64,000 nt of DNA from Planctomycetota bacterium (GTDB lineage Bacteria > Planctomycetota > UBA11346), in contig JBBQSO010000021.1 in assembly GCA_038213805.1 (NCBI GenBank), positions 1-64,000 of the forward strand, in the 5' to 3' direction. Under the pieces are notes generated by a model that saw nothing but the letters and a program-made list of their open reading frames with translations, did no database searches and was not told the DNA's origin. The stretch's first letter is position 1; every line of letters begins with the position of its first letter. The position numbers and the translations under genes are program-made. Shown here one piece after another: positions 1 to 8,971 of this stretch.

Positions 1-91
1 TGATGGCTGATGGCTGATGGCTGATGGCTGATGGCTGATGGCTGATGGCTGATGGCTGATGGCTGATGGCTGATGGCTGATGGCTGATGGC
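1..91. repeat. Heptamer tandem array (TGATGGC)x13, cut by the window edge
   Basis: 13 perfect copies read directly. Confidence 0.98.
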
Positions 92-220
92 TTCCTGAAC
101 CGGGGTCTGAGTTGGCGTCAAGCGCCAGTTTAGCCTGGCCGCGAGCATGTCGATCGCAGCGGCCCTGACCGGTGCCCGCGACGCCCGATAGCCCCCCTGG
201 GCCCTCCTCATAACGGCAGT

Positions 221-251
221 GCCATCAGCCATCAGCCATCAGCCATCAGCC
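221..251. repeat. Heptamer array (GCCATCA)x4.4, reverse complement of the 1..91 array
   Basis: Read directly; lies upstream of the HDOD gene start. Confidence 0.95.
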
Positions 252-327
252 AAAATTTGCTCCCCGCCCGTTTCGGTCGTATCTATTTGGTGCGCCTCAC
301 GGTCCACCGGCGCGCGGAAGCACACCC

Positions 328-1200
328 ATGAGCACCCCTTCGAGCACCGCCGCCGCCCCCGCCATGCCCGCGCGGGTGCGCGACCGCCTGGTGGCGAGCA
401 TCGCCCAGGGCACGCTCGAGCTGCCGGTGCTGCCCGAGGTCGCCAGCCAGGTGGTCAAGCTGAGCGGCGATCCGAATTCCGACACCCGCCAGCTCGCCGC
501 GCTGATCCAGCGCGACCAGGCCATGGCCGGCCACCTGATGCGCATGGCCAACTCGACGCTGTACGCGCCAAAAGTGCCGCTGGTCTCGCTCGACCAGGTG
601 GTCAGCCGCATGGGCATGAAGAAGATCCGCGAGATCGCGTTGATCATCTCCTGCCAGAGCAAGGTCTTCGCGGTGCCCGGCTTCGAAGGCCTGATCAAGG
701 CGCAGTTCCGCCATTCGCTGGCCGCGGCCGCCTTCGCCCAGGAGATCGCGCGCAACCGCCGCTGGAACGTCGAAGAGGCCTTCCTCTGCGGCCTGCTCCA
801 CGACGTCGGCCGGCCGGTGCTGCTGCAGAAGCTGATCGACCTGCACCAGGAGCTGAAGCTGCCCCTCGACCTCGGCGCGGTCGAGGCGGCGATCGGTGCC
901 CTGCATACGCGCGTCGGCTCGGACCTGGTGAAGAGCTGGACGCTGCCGGCGCGCATGGCCGAGACCGTGCTCTATCACCATGACGCCATGAAATCGACGA
1001 GCGCCGCGCAGACTGCGATGATGACCCAGCTCGCTGACGACCTCGCGCACCTGCTGCTGACCGACGGCGGGCGCGCGGTCGCCGAGGCGGCGGTGCGCGC
1101 GCACCCGCTGCTGGTGCCGCTCAACCTCTATCCCGACGAGCTCGACGCGCTGCTCGCCCAGCGTGACACCATCAAGGCGATGGTGGAGGCGGTGTCATGA
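328..1200 (+). CDS. HDOD domain protein
   Basis: LELPVLPEVA, DQAMAGHLMRMANS, AFLCGLLHDVG motifs typical of HDOD; stop overlaps the next ATG (ATGA). Confidence 0.9.
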   Translation: MSTPSSTAAAPAMPARVRDRLVASIAQGTLELPVLPEVASQVVKLSGDPNSDTRQLAALIQRDQAMAGHLMRMANSTLYAPKVPLVSLDQVVSRMGMKKIREIALIISCQSKVFAVPGFEGLIKAQFRHSLAAAAFAQEIARNRRWNVEEAFLCGLLHDVGRPVLLQKLIDLHQELKLPLDLGAVEAAIGALHTRVGSDLVKSWTLPARMAETVLYHHDAMKSTSAAQTAMMTQLADDLAHLLLTDGGRAVAEAAVRAHPLLVPLNLYPDELDALLAQRDTIKAMVEAVS

Positions 1201-2630
1201 CCGCTTCCCCGGAAACCTACGATGTCGTAGTCATCGGTGGCGGACCTGCCGGCCACCACGCGGCGATCCAAGCGGCGCGTTCCGGCAAGCGCGCGCTGCT
1301 GGTCGAGCGCGAGGCCAGCGTCGGCGGCTCGTGCGTGGCGCGCGGCACCATCCCCTCGAAGACGTTGCGCGAGACCGCGCTGGCGCTGACCGGCTTCAAG
1401 CGCAAGAGCGGCGACGTGTGCGCGGTGAACATGGGCGAGGACGTCCAGGTGGCGAGCCTGATGACCCGCCTTGAGCAGGTCATCACCGCGCACCAGCACT
1501 ACATGGAGGCGCAGCTTGCGCGCGACCACGTCACGCGCTGGCACGGCCGCGGCCGCTTCATCGATGCGCACACCGTCGAGATCCAGGGTGTCGACGGCAC
1601 CCGCCGCCAGGTCTGCGCGGAGATCCTGGTGATCGCCGCCGGGTCGCGGCCGCGCAGCCCGGCCGAGGTCCCGGTCGACCACACCCACATCATGGACAGC
1701 GATTCGATCCTCTCCATGACCTACCTGCCGCGCTCGCTGACCGTGCTCGGCGCCGGCGTCATCGCCAGCGAGTACGCCTCGATCTTCGCGGCGCTCGGCA
1801 CCGAGGTCACGATGATCGACCGCGGCGAGCGCCCGCTCGGCTTCCTTGACCCGGAGCTGACCGACCGCTTCGTCGCCTCGTTCCAGGCGACCGGCTCGCG
1901 CTACCTCGGCAAGAGCGCGCTCAAGCAGGTGAAGTGGGACGGCCTCAGCGAGGTCGTCACCACCCTTACCGACGGGCGCGAGGTGCGTGGTGAGAAGATG
2001 CTGTGCGCGCTCGGCCGCGTCGCCAACCTCGAGGGTCTCGACATCGCTGCTGCAGGCCTGGCCGCCACCGACCGCGGCCTGATCAAGGTCGACGAGCACG
2101 GCCGCACCGCGGTGCCGCACATCTATGCGGTCGGCGACGTGATCGGCGCGCCCTCGCTGGCATCTTCGGCGATGGACCAGGGACGGCGCGCGATCTGCCA
2201 CGCCCTTGGCCAACCCAGTGGCGTGTCGCCAGAGCTCATCCCGATGGGCATCTACTGCATCCCCGAGATGTCCCAGGTCGGCCTCACCGAGCAGCAGGCG
2301 CGCGAGCGCCACGGCGGCGCCATGGTCGGGCGCGCGCCCTTTTCCGAGCTCGCGCGCGGCCAGATCGCCGCCATCCAGGACGGCCTGCTCAAACTCGTCA
2401 CCGACGCCGCCGGGCGCAAGCTGCTCGGCGTGCAGGTGGTCGGCGAGGGCGCCGCCGAACTCACCAGCGTCGGCCAAATGGCGCTGATCGCGGGCCAAGA
2501 CATTGACGTGTTCATCGCCAACACCTTCAATTTTCCGACCCTCGCCGAGGGCTACCGCGTCGCCGCCCTCGATATCGCGCATCAGCGCGAGGGGTCGAAG
2601 GTGCAGCCGGCGGTGCTGGCGAAGTCGTGA
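1197..2630 (+). CDS. sthA: Soluble (Si-specific) pyridine nucleotide transhydrogenase
   Basis: GGGPAG FAD motif, GGSCVARGTIPSK with a single Cys, GAGVIASEYA, C-terminal FNFPTLAEGYRVAAL. Confidence 0.85.
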   Translation: MTASPETYDVVVIGGGPAGHHAAIQAARSGKRALLVEREASVGGSCVARGTIPSKTLRETALALTGFKRKSGDVCAVNMGEDVQVASLMTRLEQVITAHQHYMEAQLARDHVTRWHGRGRFIDAHTVEIQGVDGTRRQVCAEILVIAAGSRPRSPAEVPVDHTHIMDSDSILSMTYLPRSLTVLGAGVIASEYASIFAALGTEVTMIDRGERPLGFLDPELTDRFVASFQATGSRYLGKSALKQVKWDGLSEVVTTLTDGREVRGEKMLCALGRVANLEGLDIAAAGLAATDRGLIKVDEHGRTAVPHIYAVGDVIGAPSLASSAMDQGRRAICHALGQPSGVSPELIPMGIYCIPEMSQVGLTEQQARERHGGAMVGRAPFSELARGQIAAIQDGLLKLVTDAAGRKLLGVQVVGEGAAELTSVGQMALIAGQDIDVFIANTFNFPTLAEGYRVAALDIAHQREGSKVQPAVLAKS

Positions 2631-2640
2631 GCGGATGGCG

Positions 2641-2689
2641 GCTGATGGCTGACGGCTGACGGCTGACGGCTGACGGCTGACGGCTGACG
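2641..2689. repeat. Heptamer array GCTGATG(GCTGACG)x6
   Basis: 7 copies, 10 bp after the sthA stop. Confidence 0.95.
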
Positions 2690-2780
2690 ATGAAGTGAAT
2701 TGCGCAGGGTAATCACGTTTCCGCAAGCGTGTGCGAGGGGTGCTTCGGCTGGTATTCGGCGAAACACCGTTTTTTATCGC

Positions 2781-2808
2781 CTCGCGACTCGCGACTCGCG
2801 ACTCGTGG
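2781..2808. repeat. Heptamer array (CTCGCGA)x3 plus one degenerate copy
   Basis: Abuts the stop codon of the minus-strand hydrolase. Confidence 0.85.
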
Positions 2809-2809
2809 C

Positions 2810-3664
2810 TCAGCGCGCCATGGCGGCGTAGATCGCGGCCTGGGCGTCGTGCAGGATGCTGTTGTGGCCGGTGCCGGCGATCTCGCTGTAGGTGATCGCG
2901 GGGAATTCCGCAGCCAGGGCGCGACCCATCACCACCGGGATGATCTCATCGGCGTCGCCGTGCAGGATGGAGATTGCGGGCGCGCCGGCGGCGAGGATCT
3001 CGGCGAGGCGCGCGCGGTTGTCGAAGCGGTGCACGAGCACCTCACATAGCGGCCAGCCGACCTTGCGCCGGGCCATCGCCAGCATGCTGGTGAAGGGCGC
3101 CACCAGCACCGCGCGCTGCACCGGATGGTGGGCAGCGTACTGCAGTGCCGCCGCGCAGCCTAGGGAATGGCCGAGCACGCCAATGCGCCCAGTTAGGTCC
3201 GCGGCGGCGAGGTGGAGGTGCTCGGCGAGACTGGCGACGGCGCCCTCGCTGGCCGTGAGGATGGTGTCGGGCGACGGTCGGCCGGCGCTGGCTCCGTAGC
3301 CGGGATAGTCGATGAGCAGGAAGCCGGCGCGCGCGTCCGCACCGATCAGAAAGCCGCTCCAGTCCAGGGCGGCCATGGCATTGCCACCGAACACCAGCCA
3401 GATGCGCGCCGGCAGCTCGGCGCCGGCCGCGCGCGGCGCCACGTAGAAGCAGGTCTGCGCTGCGGCGCCGGAAGTGAATGCCAAGGGCGTCACCCGCGGA
3501 GGATCGCCGCGCAGCTGCACCGCAGTGTAGCCGTGCGGCAGGTAGATCATGCTGCCCTGCCCGAAAAACAGCAGCACCGCCAGCACCAGAAACGGAGCGA
3601 CGATGCAGCGCAGCAGGGCGATGACGATCTGTCGTCGTTGGGTGAATCTGGGAGCGAGCCTCAT
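2810..3664 (-). CDS. Membrane-anchored alpha/beta hydrolase (ABHD13/YfhR-like)
   Basis: N-terminal TM helix, DYPGYG, GHSLG nucleophile elbow, HGDADEIIP, GHN. Confidence 0.88.
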   Translation of the reverse strand: MRLAPRFTQRRQIVIALLRCIVAPFLVLAVLLFFGQGSMIYLPHGYTAVQLRGDPPRVTPLAFTSGAAAQTCFYVAPRAAGAELPARIWLVFGGNAMAALDWSGFLIGADARAGFLLIDYPGYGASAGRPSPDTILTASEGAVASLAEHLHLAAADLTGRIGVLGHSLGCAAALQYAAHHPVQRAVLVAPFTSMLAMARRKVGWPLCEVLVHRFDNRARLAEILAAGAPAISILHGDADEIIPVVMGRALAAEFPAITYSEIAGTGHNSILHDAQAAIYAAMAR

Positions 3665-3891
3665 GTTCGTATGTTATACACCGTTTACCTATAATCCAGA
3701 ATTGAACCTGCCACCTGGCAGCCCCTGGATGAACGCCTGCCCCTGCGCGATGTTCAGCACTGCTCCGACCCTCCTTCACACGACGTCCCAGCATCGAGTC
3801 TCGCGCCGCCCACCGGCTTCCCCCTTGCCGGACCCGCCATGCTTCAGACCCTCACGCCTCGCCAACCGCAGCCCTTCCGCCGAGACCCGCC

Positions 3892-5481
3892 ATGACCATC
3901 CGCCGCGCCCTGCTCTCCGTCTTCGATAAGACCGGCGTGGTCGACCTGGCGCGAACCATGCAGCGCCGCGGCGTCGAACTGCTGTCGACCGGCGGCACCT
4001 ACAAGGCGCTGCAGGATGCGGGCATCCCGGTCATCGAGGTCGCCGAGCACACCGGCTTTCCCGAGATGATGGACGGCCGGGTGAAGACCCTCCATCCGAA
4101 GATCCACGGTGGCTTGCTGTGCGTGCGCGACGACGCCCATCACATGCAGGCGGCGGCGGCCAATGGCATCGGCCTGATCGACCTGGTGGTCGTCAACCTC
4201 TACCCGTTCGAGGCGACCTGCGACAAGGCCGGCGCGACTACCGCCGATAAGATCGAGAAGATCGACATCGGCGGCCCGAGCATGCTGCGCTCGGCGGCCA
4301 AGAACCACGCCTTCGTCACTGTGCTCACCGATCCCGCGGACTACCCACGCTTCCTCGCCGAGGTCGCGGGCAACGACGGCGACACCACGCTGGCCTTCCG
4401 CCAGGCGTGCGCGCGCAAGGTCTTCCGCACCACCGCGCGCTACGACGCACTGATCGCCGAAGAGCTGACGCGCATCGCCAGCGCCGCCGATCCCGCGGTG
4501 TGGGCTAGCGAGCGCTTCCCCGCCGAGCAGGCCATCCCATTGCGCAAGGTCCAGGACCTGCGCTATGGCGAGAACCCGCACCAGCAGGCCGCGCTCTACG
4601 ATGTCCGCCTGCCCGGCGCGGCGTCGGTGGTGCGCGCGCGGCAGCTCCACGGCAAGGAGCTCTCGTACAACAACCTGATGGACGCGGACGCCGCGTGGGA
4701 GCTGGTGAAGGAGTTCCCAGAGCCGACCTGCGCGATCATCAAGCACACCAATCCGTGCGGCTGCGCCGCCGGCGACACCCTGAAGGAGGCCTTCCTCAAG
4801 GCCTACGAGGGGGATCCCCAGGCCGCATTCGGGTCGATCATCGCCTTCAATCGCGAGCTCGACGCAGCGACCGCTGACGCCATCGCCGATCCGGGCCGCT
4901 TCGTCGAGGTGATCATCGCGCCGTCGTTCTCGGCCGAAGCCCTCGCCATCATCACCACCAAGCCGAAGTGGAAGGCCAACGTGCGACTGATCGCCGCGGG
5001 CGCGCCGGCGGCGGTGCCGCGCCTGGCCAACTCCGTGCGCAACGTGCTCGGCGGGCTGCTGCTCCAGGATTACGACACCCTCGGCTGGGACGTGGCGAAC
5101 GTAAAGGTGGTGACGCAGCGCAAACCGGACGCGGCGGAGCTGAAGGACCTCGCCTTCGCCTGGCTGGTGGTCAAGCACCTCAAGTCGAACGCCATCTGCC
5201 TGGTCAAGGGCCGCGAGCTGCTTGGCGCCGGCGCCGGGCAGATGAGCCGCGTCAACTCGAGCTGGATCGCCGCCCACCTGGCGGGTGCGCGGGCCGCAGG
5301 CAGCGCACTGGGTAGCGACGCCTTCTTTCCCTTCGCCGACGGCGTCGAGGCCGCGGCCAAGGCCGGGGTCACGGCGATCGTGCAGCCGGGCGGTTCGAAG
5401 GGCGATCCCGAGACCATCGCCGCTGCCGACCGCCACGGCATCGCCATGGTCTTCACCGGGGTGCGTCACTTCCGCCATTGA
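3892..5481 (+). CDS. purH: Bifunctional AICAR formyltransferase / IMP cyclohydrolase
   Basis: RALLSVFDKTG, GRVKTLHPKIHGG, IDIGGPSMLRSAAKN, LRYGENPHQ, SDAFFPF, RHFRH terminus. Confidence 0.98.
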   Translation: MTIRRALLSVFDKTGVVDLARTMQRRGVELLSTGGTYKALQDAGIPVIEVAEHTGFPEMMDGRVKTLHPKIHGGLLCVRDDAHHMQAAAANGIGLIDLVVVNLYPFEATCDKAGATTADKIEKIDIGGPSMLRSAAKNHAFVTVLTDPADYPRFLAEVAGNDGDTTLAFRQACARKVFRTTARYDALIAEELTRIASAADPAVWASERFPAEQAIPLRKVQDLRYGENPHQQAALYDVRLPGAASVVRARQLHGKELSYNNLMDADAAWELVKEFPEPTCAIIKHTNPCGCAAGDTLKEAFLKAYEGDPQAAFGSIIAFNRELDAATADAIADPGRFVEVIIAPSFSAEALAIITTKPKWKANVRLIAAGAPAAVPRLANSVRNVLGGLLLQDYDTLGWDVANVKVVTQRKPDAAELKDLAFAWLVVKHLKSNAICLVKGRELLGAGAGQMSRVNSSWIAAHLAGARAAGSALGSDAFFPFADGVEAAAKAGVTAIVQPGGSKGDPETIAAADRHGIAMVFTGVRHFRH

Positions 5482-5625
5482 GCGGCCGCGTAGCGGATCG
5501 CATCCATGAGACGCGGCCCAGACGCGACATCCCAGGGGTGCCTGAACCCGGGCGGCAGTCGAGGAATTTGGCCGTGGCCTACCGTGTCCTGGACGCCCGG
5601 CCCGAGCCGGACCGTGCGCCCTGCA

Positions 5626-5766
5626 TCAGCGCGGCTTGTTCTCGAGAGCGGGCGAAGCCGGCAGTTCGTCCTCGTCGTGGCCGCCGCGCAGCAGGCAGAC
5701 CGCGAGGATCGTCATGGGGACGCTGATCCCCAACCAGATGCCGACGATGGTGAAGAGGGTGGCCAC
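5626..5766 (-). CDS. Putative 46-aa single-TM microprotein (not in the ORF track)
   Basis: GTG start; MATLFTIVGIWLGISVPMTILAVCLLRGGHDEDELPASPALENKPR*; GC3-rich codons; hydrophobic helix then acidic tail. Confidence 0.6.
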   Translation of the reverse strand: MATLFTIVGIWLGISVPMTILAVCLLRGGHDEDELPASPALENKPR

Positions 5767-5944
5767 GCAGGGGTAACGTCGCGCAACGCCAATCGTTGTC
5801 GGAAAAAATCCCTGGTTTCGGCATCATCCGCGTTTTGAAGGATATCCGATGCGCGCGCTGGATGCTTGCGCCTTGTAGCCCTTCCCCAGCGACGGCATAC
5901 TGACCTGACTCTCTCTGCTCGTTCCCGTTCCCGATTGGATCGTC

Positions 5945-7882
5945 ATGACGCTTGTCGGCCAACCCGCCCGTGCGGCGCTCCGTGCGACCATGCTGCTCGC
6001 GGGACTGGTCGGCGGCGGCTGGACGCTCGACGCGGCCGATGTGCCGCCGCCAGCACCAACGCCCCCCGCGGATGTGGACCATGCCGTCCCACCGGCCGCC
6101 AGCACCCCGCCTGGGGCTGGTGTGGACAGCGCAGACCTTGACGACCCGGCAACTGGCAAAGATCTCGCTGGCTGGCTGGGCAAGGCCGTCGATGCCTCCG
6201 GCAAGGTGGACAAGGCCGCCTACGCGCGGGAGGCGCGCGCCTGGGGAATCCAGGCCATCACCAGACGACTAGGACCGGACTACGATTTCTACCACAAGGG
6301 CGCCAAGCCCGAGGTCCTGCCCACGCTGTTCATGCCAGAGACGAAAGTCGAGAAGCGTGCGCACCATGGCCAGGGCATGCCTTACCAGTACGGCGGTTAT
6401 GAAGCCAAGGTCAACGATACCTTCGGCTCGACCGGTGGGCAGGTCTTCTACGTCCCGGAGCGCGCCGACGATCCCGGCGTCGACCGCATTGAGACCTACA
6501 ACTGGGAGAGCAACCTGATCACGGTCGGGCCAACAAAGGTGTGGTGGAGCGGATCCCACCCCGATCCGGCGCTGCTGCGCAAAGATTGGCAGGATCTGAA
6601 TGGCGGGCCGCTGCGCTTCCCCATGGCGATGGCGCGCTCGCGCACCTTCTGGTCGAACGACGCGCTGATCGCGTTCTCCAGCGGGTTCCTGGGCGCGGAC
6701 GGGACGCAGACCAGCGGCGACAGCTACCCCTGTCTGCTGTTCCCCAAGGGCAAGGTGCCGACCGCGGTGGCGGTGACCAACGGCAACGAACTCGGCCTGG
6801 TCGCGCTGTGGGATCTACAGAGTGGCAAGGGCGAGGTCGCGGTGATCGCCCTGCAGGGCACCAACCTGCGCGGCTGGCGCTACTACTGCCTGCCCACCTT
6901 CGGCAGCTACAACCAGCTCAAGGTCCTTGGCTACATCGAGCTGCCCGGCATGGCCGCGCCGACCGGCATCAGCTGCGCGACCAACAACCGCCAGGGGCTG
7001 GTCGAGAACAAGGAGTTCGGCACCTACAAGCTCGAGGACCACAAGACCCGCGACATCTTCATCAAGGGCGACGGCCAAGACAAGCTGTTCAGCGCCGGGT
7101 ATGCGGTGGTGATCTCGCGCAGCGAGAACAAGGCGGTGTTCATCGACCTGCAGCCGACCATCGCATACCTGCGCCAGATGTACCTGACCAGCGATGAGAA
7201 CCTGGCCAAGACCGTGGATGCGGGGCTGGCGCCCAAGCAGTGGCCGCCCACCTTCGCCGTGCTGCCCGCCTACGCGCCCAAGGTGGTGACCAGCATCCGC
7301 GTGCCGCACCCCAACGTGGTGCTGGCCGGGACGCGGCCATTCGGCGGCGAACCGTGGTTCTGCCACATCGGTACTCTCGACGGGCGGATCGCCACCTGGA
7401 CTGTCGGCGGCCTCGCCACCGAGGCCGCCGCGAAGGCCGAGGATGTCAAGGCGGTGGGCGTGACCCAGATCGGACGCACGCCGACCAGCATGATGTTCCT
7501 GCGCAACAGCGATCCCGCGGCGCCGGGCAGCAGCCCCTACGAATACAATCGCACCCTGGCGGTGTGCTGCCGCGGTGATCGCGAGATCGACTTCGTGACC
7601 TTCACCACCGCCGGCAAGGGCACGGTCTACCGGCGTCTGCGCGATGCGCGCCTGATCGATCCGGTGGTGATCGATCCGTGCGAGCGCGCGCCGATGATCA
7701 CCGTCGGCGATTTCAAGGGCCGCAAGGTGGTCAACTACCGCTACGGGCCGACGCCTGACGAGCACACCATCCCGAAGCACAGTTTCGGCGTCGGGCCGGA
7801 CGGCAAGGGCGACGTCGAGTGCGGCGGCGTCCTGGAATTCCCGGGGCCGGTGTTCGATGTGAACACCACGAATGTGAATTGA
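5945..7882 (+). CDS. Secreted hypothetical protein, probable beta-propeller (645 aa)
   Basis: Signal-peptide-like N-terminus, Pro-rich linker, beta-strand-rich body, strong coding-like codon bias. Confidence 0.8.
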   Translation: MTLVGQPARAALRATMLLAGLVGGGWTLDAADVPPPAPTPPADVDHAVPPAASTPPGAGVDSADLDDPATGKDLAGWLGKAVDASGKVDKAAYAREARAWGIQAITRRLGPDYDFYHKGAKPEVLPTLFMPETKVEKRAHHGQGMPYQYGGYEAKVNDTFGSTGGQVFYVPERADDPGVDRIETYNWESNLITVGPTKVWWSGSHPDPALLRKDWQDLNGGPLRFPMAMARSRTFWSNDALIAFSSGFLGADGTQTSGDSYPCLLFPKGKVPTAVAVTNGNELGLVALWDLQSGKGEVAVIALQGTNLRGWRYYCLPTFGSYNQLKVLGYIELPGMAAPTGISCATNNRQGLVENKEFGTYKLEDHKTRDIFIKGDGQDKLFSAGYAVVISRSENKAVFIDLQPTIAYLRQMYLTSDENLAKTVDAGLAPKQWPPTFAVLPAYAPKVVTSIRVPHPNVVLAGTRPFGGEPWFCHIGTLDGRIATWTVGGLATEAAAKAEDVKAVGVTQIGRTPTSMMFLRNSDPAAPGSSPYEYNRTLAVCCRGDREIDFVTFTTAGKGTVYRRLRDARLIDPVVIDPCERAPMITVGDFKGRKVVNYRYGPTPDEHTIPKHSFGVGPDGKGDVECGGVLEFPGPVFDVNTTNVN

Positions 7883-7960
7883 GACCGGGGCCCTAGACCC
7901 TACCCATTACCCACAACTCTGCGTCGGCCGGGAACCACAGGCCGGAAGGTCGTCTGCCGT

Positions 7961-8231
7961 GAGCGCCAACGGCGCGACCAGACGGGCAGCCCAGGGCAAC
8001 GCCCTGGGTTCGTGGGAATACATGACGTTCGAGCCCTGAAGGGGCGGCCAATGGTACCCTGTCAGCCCTTTGCTGTGACCGCGTGCCTGGTATGCGCCGA
8101 GAACGCGCTCGTGTGCGATCCCCCCTTCGTTGGTGCATCGATATGAACCGCCCCTTCAGGGCTCAGAATCATATTTTGCACTACCCAGGGCTTCGCCCTG
8201 GGCTGGTCTTCTGGCCGCGCCGTTGGCGCTC
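7961..8231. mobile_element. REP/REPIN-like inverted-repeat element with arms of about 85 bp
   Basis: Arms 7961..8047 and 8148..8231 are imperfect reverse complements; each holds mini-hairpins (GCGCCAACGGCGC, CCCAGGGCnncGCCCTGGG, GCCCTGAAGGGGC). Confidence 0.75.
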
Positions 8232-8260
8232 TGGGCAGACAGCCACGCTGTTCCCAGTAC

Positions 8261-8941
8261 CTACGGTCTCACGTCTCCAGTCGGCGCCTTCCGCTCATCA
8301 GCGCCCAACGCACCTTCCGGCGCGCGCAATACACGTCGGATGAGCGGCTGGCTTGAGACCACGCCAGGGCGATCGCGCAGGGAGTTGGCGGTGGCGAGCG
8401 CGGCGAGCAGCCCAGCGCTGCGCGCCTCGACCACCCAGGTGTCCGCAGCGAAGCCGGCGGGCTCAAGAGCAACCGCGTGGTGGGCCTCGGCCAGGCTGCG
8501 GATGTCGGTGCCGGGCGCGACCTGGACGAGCAGGCGGCGGGTCAACACCTGCAGGGCCGCGTCGTCGCCCCCGCGCAGCTCGGCCTGCACGCCGGCCACC
8601 CCGGGACGCGCGGCGAGACCAGTAGCCAGATCATCGAGTGCCTGGAGATCGACGCGGGGGGCGAACGCGACCTCGAAGCCGTCGTGCACCGCGCTGGCAT
8701 GGCAGCCCTCCGGCAGCGGCGGCAGCGCGGCCCCGCCCGACAGCGTCAGGCGCAGTCGGTTGGGCAGCACGCTGACCGGGACCCAGCCGCGACCATCATG
8801 GTAGCGGCGCGTGAAGCCGTCCGGTGCAGGGCCGGTCTGTGCCATCACTCCGCGCCCGTCACCGCAGCCGCTGCACACCAGGGACCAGGCCAAGGCCAGC
8901 AATGCGCAGGCGGCCGGAAATGCGATGCGGGGTGCGCTCAT
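8261..8941 (-). CDS. Putative lipoprotein resembling a stand-alone S8 protease prodomain
   Basis: Signal peptide with Cys (LVCSGCG); LTRRLLVQ...ALATANSLRDRPGVVSSQP resembles subtilase prodomains; no catalytic domain. Confidence 0.6.
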   Translation of the reverse strand: MSAPRIAFPAACALLALAWSLVCSGCGDGRGVMAQTGPAPDGFTRRYHDGRGWVPVSVLPNRLRLTLSGGAALPPLPEGCHASAVHDGFEVAFAPRVDLQALDDLATGLAARPGVAGVQAELRGGDDAALQVLTRRLLVQVAPGTDIRSLAEAHHAVALEPAGFAADTWVVEARSAGLLAALATANSLRDRPGVVSSQPLIRRVLRAPEGALGADERKAPTGDVRP

Positions 8942-8971
8942 GGCCGGATGAGAGGGCGTGGTACTGCGGGG

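Noticed and set aside
219..983. ORF-track proteins beginning or ending with SAISHQP, SAVSRQP, AISYQLS or LLASRFS repeats (also 1128..2726, 13175..13454, 17934..18290, and the N-extensions of nrnA and lutA)
   Set aside because: These are translations of the stop-free strand of the heptamer arrays and overlap well-supported genes.
3700..3891. ZTP (pfl) riboswitch upstream of purH
   Set aside because: Expected from context, but I could not find the conserved GACUGGCG...GGGAG and CGCCUGGG elements. An Infernal scan would settle it.
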